A DNA stretch of 64,000 nt from an uncultured Clostridium sp. (GCA_947073285.1 CAMTJT010000009.1:355-64354), one strand, 5' to 3'. Shown: positions 1 through 8,436, counted from the stretch's first letter. A program made the numbers and translations. Notes: generated from the letters alone by a model not told the origin.

Positions 1-129
1 AGCGGTCCGTTCTTCCATCGTGGAGGCTATTGCAGTAGTGGTTCGGATGCCGGGGCGTTCTTTTTCAGCAGCGACGCAGGCAATAGCTACAGCAGCTACG
101 GTTTCCGCCCTGTCCTCGCCACAACTTGA
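1..129 (+). CDS. 3' end of a CDS truncated by the window edge (C-terminus ...RGGYCSSGSDAGAFFFSSDAGNSYSSYGFRPVLATT); function not recognised
   Basis: Open frame from base 1 to TGA at 127-129. Codons are GC-rich and GC3-rich, unlike the rest of the window. A hairpin follows. Confidence 0.4.
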   Translation, partial: SGPFFHRGGYCSSGSDAGAFFFSSDAGNSYSSYGFRPVLATT

Positions 130-145
130 TGACTTCAAAAAACAT

Positions 146-179
146 AGCCTTAGAACGCAAATATTCACGTTCTAAGGCT
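146..179. terminator. Perfect 12-bp stem hairpin (agccttagaacg / cgttctaaggct) downstream of the GC-rich CDS
   Basis: Inverted repeat read directly. The T-run lies on the minus-strand side only, so the direction is uncertain. Confidence 0.4.
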
Positions 180-520
180 AAAACTAGTGTATCAGGAAAC
201 AAAAATGCCCAAAAAGTTGCAAACGATAAACAGTAGCAAATCTCGTGAGTTTAACATAAATAGGAGATATACATGATTATGAAAATCAATAGCGATAGAT
301 GAAGTATGGGAGGGCATCCCAAAAGGGTACTTGCTTACAGTATTAAGTAACAATAAGCAAGATAAAAAACAATGAATGGAGTATGTGGAAAAATACGAAG
401 ATACTTATTCATAGTTAGCTCTAGCAAATGGAAGAAAGAACAAAACTAGTAACAAAAAACTCTTGCTTTTTAAATTAAAATACGATATGATAAAATAAAA
501 GAAACAAAAGGAGAAAAAAT

Positions 521-688
521 ATGATAGTAGATGGCAAAGGAAGAATGTTCGAAGATAGAAGAAAAAAGCAAGATGATAGAAGAAAAGATGAAACAGATAC
601 TACTGGTGGAAGAAGAAAAAGTGAAAGAAGAAAAGCACCACCACAAATAACTAAAACTGGGTCTAATAAAAAACAAAAAAATAAATAA
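521..688 (+). CDS. Small highly basic protein, 55 aa (MIVDGKGRMFEDRRKKQDDRRKDETDTTGGRRKSERRKAPPQITKTGSNKKQKNK)
   Basis: ATG preceded by aaaggag, and a hairpin terminator follows. Below the size cutoff of the ORF track. The antisense track ORF 470..676 looks spurious. Confidence 0.5.
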   Translation: MIVDGKGRMFEDRRKKQDDRRKDETDTTGGRRKSERRKAPPQITKTGSNKKQKNK

Positions 689-693
689 TGAAA

Positions 694-730
694 ATAGATA
701 GCAGATTTTTTAATTTGCTATCTATTTTAT
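694..730 (+). terminator. Rho-independent terminator-like hairpin
   Basis: atagatagca / tgctatctat stem followed by T-rich tail. Confidence 0.6.
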
Positions 731-760
731 ATATTAGCTAAAAATGATTAATGCTAAGAA

Positions 761-895
761 TTAGCAACAACCACCTCTACCACCATTACCACAGCAGCAG
801 AATAAAATTAGAATAATGAAAATCCAAATGCAACAGTTGTCGCCAAAACCAAATCCGCAACCACAGTCACATCCACAACCTCTATTTTCTGGCAT
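761..895 (-). CDS. Tiny Cys/Gly-rich single-TM protein, 44 aa (MPENRGCGCDCGCGFGFGDNCCIWIFIILILFCCCGNGGRGGCC), YjcZ-like architecture
   Basis: Minus-strand ATG at 895 preceded by ggaggg RBS. A hydrophobic core is flanked by Cys/Gly clusters. A paralog lies 150 bp away. Confidence 0.55.
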   Translation of the reverse strand: MPENRGCGCDCGCGFGFGDNCCIWIFIILILFCCCGNGGRGGCC

Positions 896-1042
896 AAAAA
901 TTCCCTCCTTTCAAGTTAATTAAAATCACTAATTAAGTAGCAAATTTACTAAAAGAATATTTTATGTTTGTTTTTGTAGTATATATACTAGCAAGTAAAT
1001 AAACAGTTAGCCTTTTAGTAGTAATGAAAATGCAATTACAAA

Positions 1043-1153
1043 TTAGCAACCACAGTTGTTGTTACATCCACAACAGTTGTTATTACCACAGCAGAAAAGT
1101 AATAAGAATAGAATGATGAACCATAAAAGTTCTCCGTTATTACCACAACACAT
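1043..1153 (-). CDS. Tiny Cys/Asn/Gly-rich single-TM protein, 36 aa (MCCGNNGELLWFIILFLLLFCCGNNNCCGCNNNCGC)
   Basis: Minus-strand ATG at 1153 preceded by aggaggt RBS. Same architecture as 761..895. It is in a different frame from track ORF 1036..1359. Confidence 0.55.
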   Translation of the reverse strand: MCCGNNGELLWFIILFLLLFCCGNNNCCGCNNNCGC

Positions 1154-1376
1154 TTTTCTATACCTCCTATGAATAGATTTTTAAGTCTTTCGTATGGTAT
1201 ATCATATTCTTTTTTTGAAAAAGTGTTACAAAAAGGGTATACAAAAAAGAAAAAAGAATGATATAATTGGAAACGAAAAGATAGACAAAAGCTAAATAGA
1301 GGGGAGTCTAAAAAAAGGATTATAATAAGGTAATTGTTTTTAGCTAATTGAAACCTCATGAAAGGAATGAAATAAA

Positions 1377-3995
1377 ATGGGAAATATTGTATTATTAGAT
1401 GATAATACTATTAATAAAATAGCAGCAGGTGAAGTAATAGAAAGACCAGCATCAGTAGTAAAAGAACTTATGGAAAATTCTATTGATGCAGGGGCAACAT
1501 CTATCAAAGTAGAAATAAAAAATGGTGGCATTTCCTATATTCGTATTACAGATAATGGAAAAGGTATTGCTACAGATGATATGGAAATTGCCTTTGAGAG
1601 GCATGCAACATCTAAAATTAGACAAGCAGAAGATTTAGAAAAAGTAACTTCGATGGGGTTTAGAGGTGAGGCATTAGCAAGTATTGCAGCAATTAGTAAA
1701 ATTGAAATGGTTTCTAAAACAGCAAATAGTGAACTTGGTTACAAAATAGAAATAGAAGGTGGAAGAATTACTAACAAAGAAGAAGCAGGTTGCCCAAAAG
1801 GAACTACTATTACTATACAAGATTTATTTTTCAACACACCAGTTAGATATAAATTCTTAAAAAAAGATTTTACAGAAGCAGGGTATATAGAAGATGCAGT
1901 TACTAGAATTGCTTTAGTACATCCAGAAATTGCTATACAATTAATCAATTCAGGTAAAACCATTATTCAAACACCTGGTAATAATGATAGCAAAACAGTT
2001 ATTTATAGTATTTATGGAAAAGATGTAGCAGAAAACATTTTAGATGTAAACTATGAATACGAAGATATTAAAATAACAGGAGTTATTGGAAAACCAGTAG
2101 TAGCACGCTCTAATCGTTCTAACCAATTGTTTTTTGTGAACAAAAGATATGTAAAAGATAAAACATTAACAGGAGCAGCAGAGGCAGGCTACAAAGGTTT
2201 AATTACAATTGGAAAATATGGTTTTTTAGTATTAAATCTTGCAGTAAACCCACAAAAGGTAGATGTTAATGTACATCCAGCTAAATTAGAAGTAAGATTT
2301 GAAGAAGAAGGAAAAATCTTTAAAGCAGTATACCATGCTATCAAAGATACTTTATTAAGAGGAGACTTAATAGCAGATACAGAAAGTTTTGGAGAAGAAA
2401 AAACAGTGCCAGCAGTAGCTAGACCAATAGATTTTAATGGTTCTTTTTCAAGTAATAAACCAGAGGCTACTTTAGGTGGTTTATTTAAAAAGATAGTAAA
2501 AGATCAAGAAAGCAATAAAAAACTAGAAGAAACAGCAAGCCTGTTAGAGGTTCAAAAAGCAATTAAAGAACAACAAAATAGTGGAAATATAGAAAGTTTA
2601 TTAGAACAGCAAAATAAACAAAGTGATAGATTAGAAGAACAAAATAATGGAAATATAAAAGGGTTATTTGAAAAAACAAATACTACAATTTTAGGGGATG
2701 CAACTACTAGAATTAGTACAGAAGAAATAAAACAAATAGCAAATACTCCAGATAGTTTCATAGACAAGCAAGAAACAGCAGATGCTAAGATAGATAATAG
2801 TGGGCAAGCAGGTTTAGAAAATAAGCAAACCGGCATAGATATTGGACAAGCAGGTTTAGATAATTTACAAACAGGTGTGAATGAGGGGGATTCAGCTTTA
2901 ACTAGCAACCAAGAGGGGAATGTTAAGCTAGGCATCTTAGACAGTAGCTATCAAAGTGTAAATAATAGAGAAGAAATACAAGATAAAAGCAATTTAATGG
3001 CACAAATTTATACCAATAAATTTGAAGAAACAGATGTAAGTAATATGGTAGCTGAAAATACAGAAGATACAAATTATGAATTACCTGTTACAGGTGGTGT
3101 AAATGAAACAATAGAAAAACCATCTTTCTTAAAAAAATTAGAGGAACAAAAAGAGAAGATGGGTGATACTCAAATGATAAATACCCAAGAGGTAAGCGAA
3201 AAATTAAAAGAAGGAATAAATCAATTAGAAAACTTAAAAATAGAAGAAAAACCAGAAAATTTTGATGAGATGTATATTCGCACTTTTGGGGCAATGCCAT
3301 CAGATGTAAGAAAAGCAGCTGAAGAAGAAAAGAAAAAAGAAGAAAAAACAATGGTAAAACCAGAAGAAATGCAATCAGTAGAAAATATGTCTATTTTTCC
3401 AAAAGAAGAAAAACAAATTGCATCTTATAAATTTATAGGAATTGCCTTTTCAACTTATATTATTTTAGAATTAGGAAAAGAATTATACATATTAGATCAG
3501 CACGCTGCACATGAAAGAATTTTATATGAAAAAGTAAAGAAAAATTATTATAGTAATGATGAAAAAGATTCACAATTAATGCTATTACCAGATATCATTA
3601 GTTTATCACATAAAGAAATGGATATTGCCAAAGAAAATATGGAAATGTTTAGAAAAGCAGGATTTACGTTAGATGAATTTGGCGAAAATACTATCAAATT
3701 AAGTGGTGTTCCTAATATATGTTTAGAACTTGACACCAAAGAATTATTTTTAGAAACCTTAGATGAAATTAACACAGTAGCAAGAACTGCAAAACAAGAA
3801 AAAGAAGAAAAATTTATTGCAACAGTTGCATGCAAGGCGGCAGTAAAGGCAAATATGGCTTTAACTAGAGAAGAAGTAGACCACTTAATGGAACAATTAT
3901 TAGTACTTCCAAATCCATTTACTTGCCCACATGGTAGACCAACTGCTATCAAAATGACCAAAACAGATATCGAAAAGAAATTTTCAAGGAGATAA
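1377..3995 (+). CDS. mutL: DNA mismatch repair protein MutL with an unusually long low-complexity linker
   Basis: N-terminal GHKL ATPase motifs (INKIAAGEVIERPASVVKELMENSIDAG, GFRGEAL). C-terminal endonuclease/dimerisation domain (DQHAAHERILYE, CPHGRP). Confidence 0.95.
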   Translation: MGNIVLLDDNTINKIAAGEVIERPASVVKELMENSIDAGATSIKVEIKNGGISYIRITDNGKGIATDDMEIAFERHATSKIRQAEDLEKVTSMGFRGEALASIAAISKIEMVSKTANSELGYKIEIEGGRITNKEEAGCPKGTTITIQDLFFNTPVRYKFLKKDFTEAGYIEDAVTRIALVHPEIAIQLINSGKTIIQTPGNNDSKTVIYSIYGKDVAENILDVNYEYEDIKITGVIGKPVVARSNRSNQLFFVNKRYVKDKTLTGAAEAGYKGLITIGKYGFLVLNLAVNPQKVDVNVHPAKLEVRFEEEGKIFKAVYHAIKDTLLRGDLIADTESFGEEKTVPAVARPIDFNGSFSSNKPEATLGGLFKKIVKDQESNKKLEETASLLEVQKAIKEQQNSGNIESLLEQQNKQSDRLEEQNNGNIKGLFEKTNTTILGDATTRISTEEIKQIANTPDSFIDKQETADAKIDNSGQAGLENKQTGIDIGQAGLDNLQTGVNEGDSALTSNQEGNVKLGILDSSYQSVNNREEIQDKSNLMAQIYTNKFEETDVSNMVAENTEDTNYELPVTGGVNETIEKPSFLKKLEEQKEKMGDTQMINTQEVSEKLKEGINQLENLKIEEKPENFDEMYIRTFGAMPSDVRKAAEEEKKKEEKTMVKPEEMQSVENMSIFPKEEKQIASYKFIGIAFSTYIILELGKELYILDQHAAHERILYEKVKKNYYSNDEKDSQLMLLPDIISLSHKEMDIAKENMEMFRKAGFTLDEFGENTIKLSGVPNICLELDTKELFLETLDEINTVARTAKQEKEEKFIATVACKAAVKANMALTREEVDHLMEQLLVLPNPFTCPHGRPTAIKMTKTDIEKKFSRR

Positions 3996-3997
3996 TT

Positions 3998-4430
3998 ATG
4001 CTTTTATTTATATACCTTTGTATTTTAGTATTAAATGTAGTAGCTGTGTACTTAGTATACCGATTTTTAGGTACACAATTAGAGAAAAAAGAAAAGTGGA
4101 TTTTTATTATAGCAGGAGTTGCTATTATGTATTTAATAGTAACTGCTGTGTATGGAATAAGTACCAAAGATATCGATTTAGGAAAAGCTGCAAGTACAAC
4201 ACGTAATTTAATTACATTTGCTTTTGTACCTGTAAATCGGAATTCTAATTTTACCATTTTTAGCAAGGTCATATCGCTATTTAAAAGAGGGAAGATTACA
4301 AACTGATAAATTCAAAAATCGTTGTATTTTAATGGCAGTTATTCTAGTGGTATTATTAGTAATAGAGTTTTTCTATTTTAAAAATGTCACTTTAGGGACG
4401 TTGGTTAATGTGACAAAAATGTCACTTTAG
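3998..4430 (+). CDS. Small multi-pass membrane protein, continuous only with a +1 shift at CGG 4238-4240; ends inside a REP-like unit
   Basis: Frame 0 gives ...FAFVPVN then CGG. The +1 frame continues GILILPFLARSYRYLKEGRLQTDKFKNRCILMAVILVVLLVIEFFYFKN..., which has coherent TM segments, to TAG 4428-4430. Confidence 0.5.
4238..4241 (+). other. In-frame CGG at a +1 frame change (AAU CGG A -> AAU c GGA)
   Basis: The upstream ORF frame hits CGG, and the hydrophobic protein continues in the +1 frame. Confidence 0.6.
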
Positions 4431-4450
4431 GGACGTTGCTTGATGTGACA
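4385..4450 (+). repeat. Two direct copies of the 31-bp REP-like unit TGTCACTTTAGGGACGT-N7-TGTGACA
   Basis: Units at 4385-4415 and 4420-4450. The same unit occurs at 18928, 18963, 20335 (inverted), 21744 and 21779 (inverted). Confidence 0.85.
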
Positions 4451-4458
4451 AAAATGTC

Positions 4459-4580
4459 GCACAACCATTTGCAGCCAAGCTGAATATAATGTTGTAAGTA
4501 TTAAAAAGATAGCACAACCATTTGCAGCCAAGTTGCATATAATGGTTTGTAAGCACTAAAGTGCTAACGCAACCATTTAA
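4459..4580 (+). repeat. Tandem ~53-bp repeat (gcacaaccatttgcagccaagYtgMatataatgNttgtaag), two full copies plus a partial third
   Basis: Copies start at 4459 and 4512, with a partial copy at 4569. The module atataatgNtt(t)gtaa recurs next to the REP pair at 19021-19085. Confidence 0.6.
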
Positions 4581-4622
4581 CTTTTGGGGGATGAAAAAAT
4601 AATAAAAAAGAAGGAGCAAAAA

Positions 4623-5543
4623 ATGCAAAAAGTAATTGTAATATGTGGTCCAACAGCTTCAGGCAAAACAGGCTTATCTATAAAAGTAGCTCAGCAAATG
4701 CAAGGTGAGGTTATTTCTTGTGATTCTATGCAAATATATAAGCACATGAATATAGGAACTGCAAAACCTACTAAAGAAGAAATGCAAGATATTAAACATC
4801 ATTTAATAGATTTTGTGGAGCCAAGTAAAAGATATAGTGTAGCAGATTTTAGAAAAGATGCTTTAAAAGCAATAGAGAGTACTTTAAAACAAAACAAAGT
4901 ACCAATTATTGTTGGGGGGACTGGGCTATATGTTAATTGCTTAACTCAAAATATTCAATACCCTACATTAGAAACAGATTTAGAATACAGAAAGTTGTTA
5001 GAAGAAAAAGTAGAAAAAGAAGGATTACAAGTACTTTATGAAGAGGCAAAAAAAATAGACGAAGAAGCAATGCAAACAATCAGTAATAATGACCAAAAAC
5101 GTATTATGAGGGTGCTAGAAATATATCATCAAACTGGTAAAACCAAAACAGAGTTAGAAATAGAATCTAGAAGAGAACCACCTATGTATGAATATATTGT
5201 TTTTGCCATTAATATGGATAGAGAAAAATTATATGAACGTATTAACAAAAGAGTAGACATTATGCTAGAACAAGGATTAATAGAAGAAGTAAAAAACTTA
5301 CTAGAAATGTATAAAGAGTTTCCAACTAGTATGCAGGGGCTAGGTTACAAAGAAGTAGCAAGCTACTTAAATGGAGAGTTAACCAAAGAAGAAATGATAG
5401 AAAAGTTAAAAATGGAAACAAGAAGATATGCTAAAAGGCAACTTACATGGTTCCGCAAAGATCCTAATATAATTTGGTTGGATGGTTTGAAATCTCCAGA
5501 AGAGAATATTAAAATAATTTTAGAGCATTATCAGGAAAAATAA
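4623..5543 (+). CDS. miaA: tRNA dimethylallyltransferase MiaA
   Basis: P-loop ICGPTASGKT, then SCDSMQIYKHMNIGTAKP and YAKRQLTWFR. Start moved to ATG 4623 after RBS aaggag. Confidence 0.93.
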   Translation: MQKVIVICGPTASGKTGLSIKVAQQMQGEVISCDSMQIYKHMNIGTAKPTKEEMQDIKHHLIDFVEPSKRYSVADFRKDALKAIESTLKQNKVPIIVGGTGLYVNCLTQNIQYPTLETDLEYRKLLEEKVEKEGLQVLYEEAKKIDEEAMQTISNNDQKRIMRVLEIYHQTGKTKTELEIESRREPPMYEYIVFAINMDREKLYERINKRVDIMLEQGLIEEVKNLLEMYKEFPTSMQGLGYKEVASYLNGELTKEEMIEKLKMETRRYAKRQLTWFRKDPNIIWLDGLKSPEENIKIILEHYQEK

Positions 5544-5746
5544 GTTGCTAGTTAAGAAGCATACATTTGAAAAATAGATAGGTTGGTAATTAAAAAAAGA
5601 ATGCTTCTAAATAAGTCTAATATATTGAAACATAAAATCATTAAATAGTAATGGTATTACAAGAAACAAAGCAAATAGAAAGAAAAAATAAGTTAAATGT
5701 ATATTAATACAATTTGAAAAAGAAATAAGGTCTTGGAGGAACAAAA

Positions 5747-7030
5747 GTGAAAGAAAAGAAGAAAAAAGTACCACAAGGAACAGGAAAACTAAATAACAAT
5801 TTGCTAAAAAGAGATTTTAAAACAAATAAAGTCTTATTTGTGGTGTCTTTTTTGGTATTAGTGCTAATTATCTTTTTTATATATAAAGCAGTAGTTTTTA
5901 TTCAAAATCCAACAGATACCTTTAGAGTTGAGCAGGGAAAAATTTATCAAGAAGAAAGAGGTATAGGTTATATTATTCGTGAAGAAACAGTAACAAAAGG
6001 GTCAAATTACAAAAATGGAATGGAACAAATAAAGTCAGAAGGAGAAAAAGTTGCAAAAGACGAAGCAATTTTTAGATATTATTCTAGTGGAGAAGATACC
6101 TTAATTAAAAAGATTGAGGACTTAGATGCAAAAATAGAAGAGGCTATGGCAAAAGAAAAACTAGATTTTCCAAGAGATGTTAAATTATTAGATAAACAAA
6201 TAGAAGATAAAATAGTTTCTCTTGAAAAAGTAAATGATATGCAAACTATAAAAGAAACGAAAAGAGAAATAGCAAACAATATTACTAAAAAAGCTAAGAT
6301 TGCAGGAGAACTTAGTCCAGCAGGATCATACTTAAAAAAATTAGTGGATGAAAGAAGTAAATATGAAAATCAACTAAATGAAGGAATTGAAGCATTAAAA
6401 GCCCCTATTAGTGGAGTGGTTTCATATAAAGTAGATGGCTATGAAGAGGTGCTTACACCAAACGATTTTAGTAATTTAAGTACCTCTTTTTTTGAAGACT
6501 TAAATTTAAAAACAGGACAAGTAGTAGCAGATAGCAAAGAAAGTGCTAAAATTATTAATAATTTTGAATGTTATATTGCTTGTTCTTTAAATTCAGAGCA
6601 AGCAAAAACAGCAGAAGTAGGAGATAGTGTTAAACTTAGGCTCCCAAATGATACAGAAGTTACAGGAAAAATAGTACATATTTCTAATGAAGAAGAAAAT
6701 GTGTTAATTGTTTTTGAAATTAATAGACAAGTAAAAGCTTTAGTAGGGTATCGAAAGATATCATTTGACATTGTTTGGTGGAGTGATAGTGGTAAAAAAA
6801 TACCAAATGATGCTATTAATTATGAAGAAAAGGGAGAAAATAAAGTAGCGTATATTACAAGAAAACGAGGAAATTATCAAGATAAAATATGGATTAAAAT
6901 TAAAAGACAAAATGATAAATATGCTATTGTAGAAAATTATACAAGAGAAGAATTAGAAAACTTAGGTTATTCAAATGAAGAAATAAAAGCAAGAAGTACC
7001 TTGAGCTTATATGATGAAATTTTGCAATAG
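5747..7030 (+). CDS. Membrane-anchored coiled-coil protein, HlyD/membrane-fusion-like (tentative)
   Basis: GTG start after ggagg. N-terminal TM segment, a long coiled coil, then a beta-rich C-terminus. Family assignment is by overall architecture only. Confidence 0.4.
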   Translation: MKEKKKKVPQGTGKLNNNLLKRDFKTNKVLFVVSFLVLVLIIFFIYKAVVFIQNPTDTFRVEQGKIYQEERGIGYIIREETVTKGSNYKNGMEQIKSEGEKVAKDEAIFRYYSSGEDTLIKKIEDLDAKIEEAMAKEKLDFPRDVKLLDKQIEDKIVSLEKVNDMQTIKETKREIANNITKKAKIAGELSPAGSYLKKLVDERSKYENQLNEGIEALKAPISGVVSYKVDGYEEVLTPNDFSNLSTSFFEDLNLKTGQVVADSKESAKIINNFECYIACSLNSEQAKTAEVGDSVKLRLPNDTEVTGKIVHISNEEENVLIVFEINRQVKALVGYRKISFDIVWWSDSGKKIPNDAINYEEKGENKVAYITRKRGNYQDKIWIKIKRQNDKYAIVENYTREELENLGYSNEEIKARSTLSLYDEILQ

Positions 7031-7184
7031 GTAATAGGTTATTTAGGTTCGACAATAAATACTAAAAAGTATGTTGGCATAAAAAAATTAAGAAACAAAA
7101 AGACATAAATTTACAAATTAATCTAATGAAATATTACAAAGATGTTACAAACGTGTTAAGTTATGATTACAAACGAAAAAACTA

Positions 7185-7213
7185 TTGACAAGAAGACTAA
7201 AAAGTAAGATACT
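7185..7213 (+). promoter_or_regulatory. Candidate sigma-A promoter upstream of sepF (TTGACA-17-GATACT)
   Basis: Consensus -35 read directly, with a weak -10. Preceded by four TTACAAA boxes. Confidence 0.4.
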
Positions 7214-7261
7214 ATTTACAGAAAAAACAAAAGACAAATATTTTTAGGAGGTTATTGAAAA

Positions 7262-7744
7262 ATGGCAGGAGCAATTATGGAAAAAGTATGGGGATTATTT
7301 GGAATGGACCCAGCAGAAGACAGAGAAGAAGAAGAGATGGAAAACTATGATATAGATGAAGAAATAGAAGAGGAAGAAGAAGAACAAGAAGAAAGAAAAC
7401 TATGGGGAAGAAGAAATAGCAAAGTAGTTAACATGCCACAAATGCAACAAGTAAAAATGGTAATATCACAACCAACTAACTTTGAACAAGCTGCTAATAT
7501 TTGTGATTTACTAAAACAAAAAAAATCAGTTATTGTTAACTTAGAATATGTAAATAAAGATGTTGCAAGAAGAATTATAGATGTTGTTTCAGGTGCAGTA
7601 CATGCACTAGATGGGCATATGCAAAAAATATCTAATTCTATTATATTAATTGCACCATTTAATTATGATATTGAAAATGATATGATGGCAAGAGATGAAA
7701 TAAAAAATAAATTATCAGTTTCATGGTTAAGAAATGCTAACTAA
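7262..7744 (+). CDS. sepF: Cell division protein SepF
   Basis: Acidic N-terminal linker, then the conserved SepF core (VISQPTNFEQAANICDLLKQKKSVIVNLEYVNKDVARRIIDVVSGAVHALDG). Confidence 0.85.
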   Translation: MAGAIMEKVWGLFGMDPAEDREEEEMENYDIDEEIEEEEEEQEERKLWGRRNSKVVNMPQMQQVKMVISQPTNFEQAANICDLLKQKKSVIVNLEYVNKDVARRIIDVVSGAVHALDGHMQKISNSIILIAPFNYDIENDMMARDEIKNKLSVSWLRNAN

Positions 7745-7835
7745 ATCTAAGCTTTTTTACACTTGCATAGCAAGTGTATTAATGATATAATAAAGGCATA
7801 GAATAGAGAAAAGCAAAAAAATAGGAGGAAAAAGT

Positions 7836-8285
7836 ATGCTTACACCTTTAGATATTGAAAATAAAAAGTTTTCAAAACAAATGATGAATGGATATAGCGT
7901 AGAAGAAGTAGATGACTTTTTAGATGACCTAACCAGAGATTATGAAAAAGTATATAAAGAAGTAGCAGAAAACAAAAATAGATTAGAAGAGTTACAAGAA
8001 AGTATTTCAAAATATAAAAACATAGAAAATACTTTACAAAATACTTTAGTAATGGCACAAGCTTCAGCAGATGAAGTAAGAAATTTAGCAAAACAACAAG
8101 CAGAACAAATTGTTAGTGAAGCACAAGCAGATGCAAAACGAGCTGTTACAGAACTAGAGCAAGAACTTATTCTAAAGAAAAAAGAATTAGAAGATTTACA
8201 AAAACAATTTGATGTATATAAAGCAAAAATGGAATCACTTTTAATTTCACAATTAGAATTATTAAAAGAAGTTAATAAGGAATAA
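7836..8285 (+). CDS. divIVA: DivIVA-family cell division protein
   Basis: MLTPLDIENKKFSKQMMNGYSVEEVDDFLD N-terminal lipid-binding domain, followed by a coiled coil. Confidence 0.85.
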   Translation: MLTPLDIENKKFSKQMMNGYSVEEVDDFLDDLTRDYEKVYKEVAENKNRLEELQESISKYKNIENTLQNTLVMAQASADEVRNLAKQQAEQIVSEAQADAKRAVTELEQELILKKKELEDLQKQFDVYKAKMESLLISQLELLKEVNKE

Positions 8286-8314
8286 AGAATAGAGCATAAA
8301 AGTGCTCTATTTTG

Positions 8315-8343
8315 TTGCATTTTACAGAACTTTTTGATATAAT
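8315..8343 (+). promoter_or_regulatory. Candidate promoter TTGCAT-17-TATAAT with extended -10 (TGATATAAT)
   Basis: Read directly. Lies just after the divIVA terminator hairpin (8289-8310). Confidence 0.55.
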
Positions 8344-8350
8344 TTTGAAA

Positions 8351-8436
8351 GAAGGTTTTTATACGACCTTCCGATATTTCGGAAGGTTTAAATAGCCCTC
8401 CGAAATATACAAAAAATATTTAGGAGGAACAAGAAA
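8351..8436 (+). promoter_or_regulatory. Structured 5' leader, copy 1: 9-bp hairpin accttccga/tcggaaggt, then an anti-SD segment ccctccgaaatat able to pair with the RBS atatttaggagg
   Basis: Complementarities read directly. Near-identical copy at 8925-9008. Confidence 0.55.

Noticed and set aside
470-676. 68-aa minus-strand ORF
   Set aside because: The plus strand carries a better-supported small gene (521..688) with an RBS and a terminator. The minus ORF is its antisense shadow.
1036-1359. 107-aa minus-strand ORF
   Set aside because: It is in the wrong frame and extended. A 36-aa Cys-rich ORF (1043..1153) has its own RBS and a paralog at 761..895, and explains the region better.
2552-2935. 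Minus-strand track ORFs nested inside long plus-strand genes (for example 1739..1963, 2552..2935, 3548..3961, 11233..11619, 21429..21749, 32959..33312, 35321..35665, 47076..47381)
   Set aside because: They are antisense to genes with clear family motifs. Their translations are low-complexity and Ser/Phe/Leu-rich, as expected from antisense AT-rich coding DNA, and they have no RBS.
4018-4206. Alternative-frame plus ORF inside the membrane protein gene
   Set aside because: It overlaps a longer ORF with a coherent TM profile. Its Cys/Arg-rich translation looks like frame noise.
4385-4450. Direct 31-bp repeats that might suggest a CRISPR array (also 18928..18993)
   Set aside because: There are only two copies per locus, separated by 4 nt. 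No spacers or cas genes are present, copies occur in both orientations elsewhere, and a Y1 transposase is associated. So this is a REP-like element, not CRISPR.
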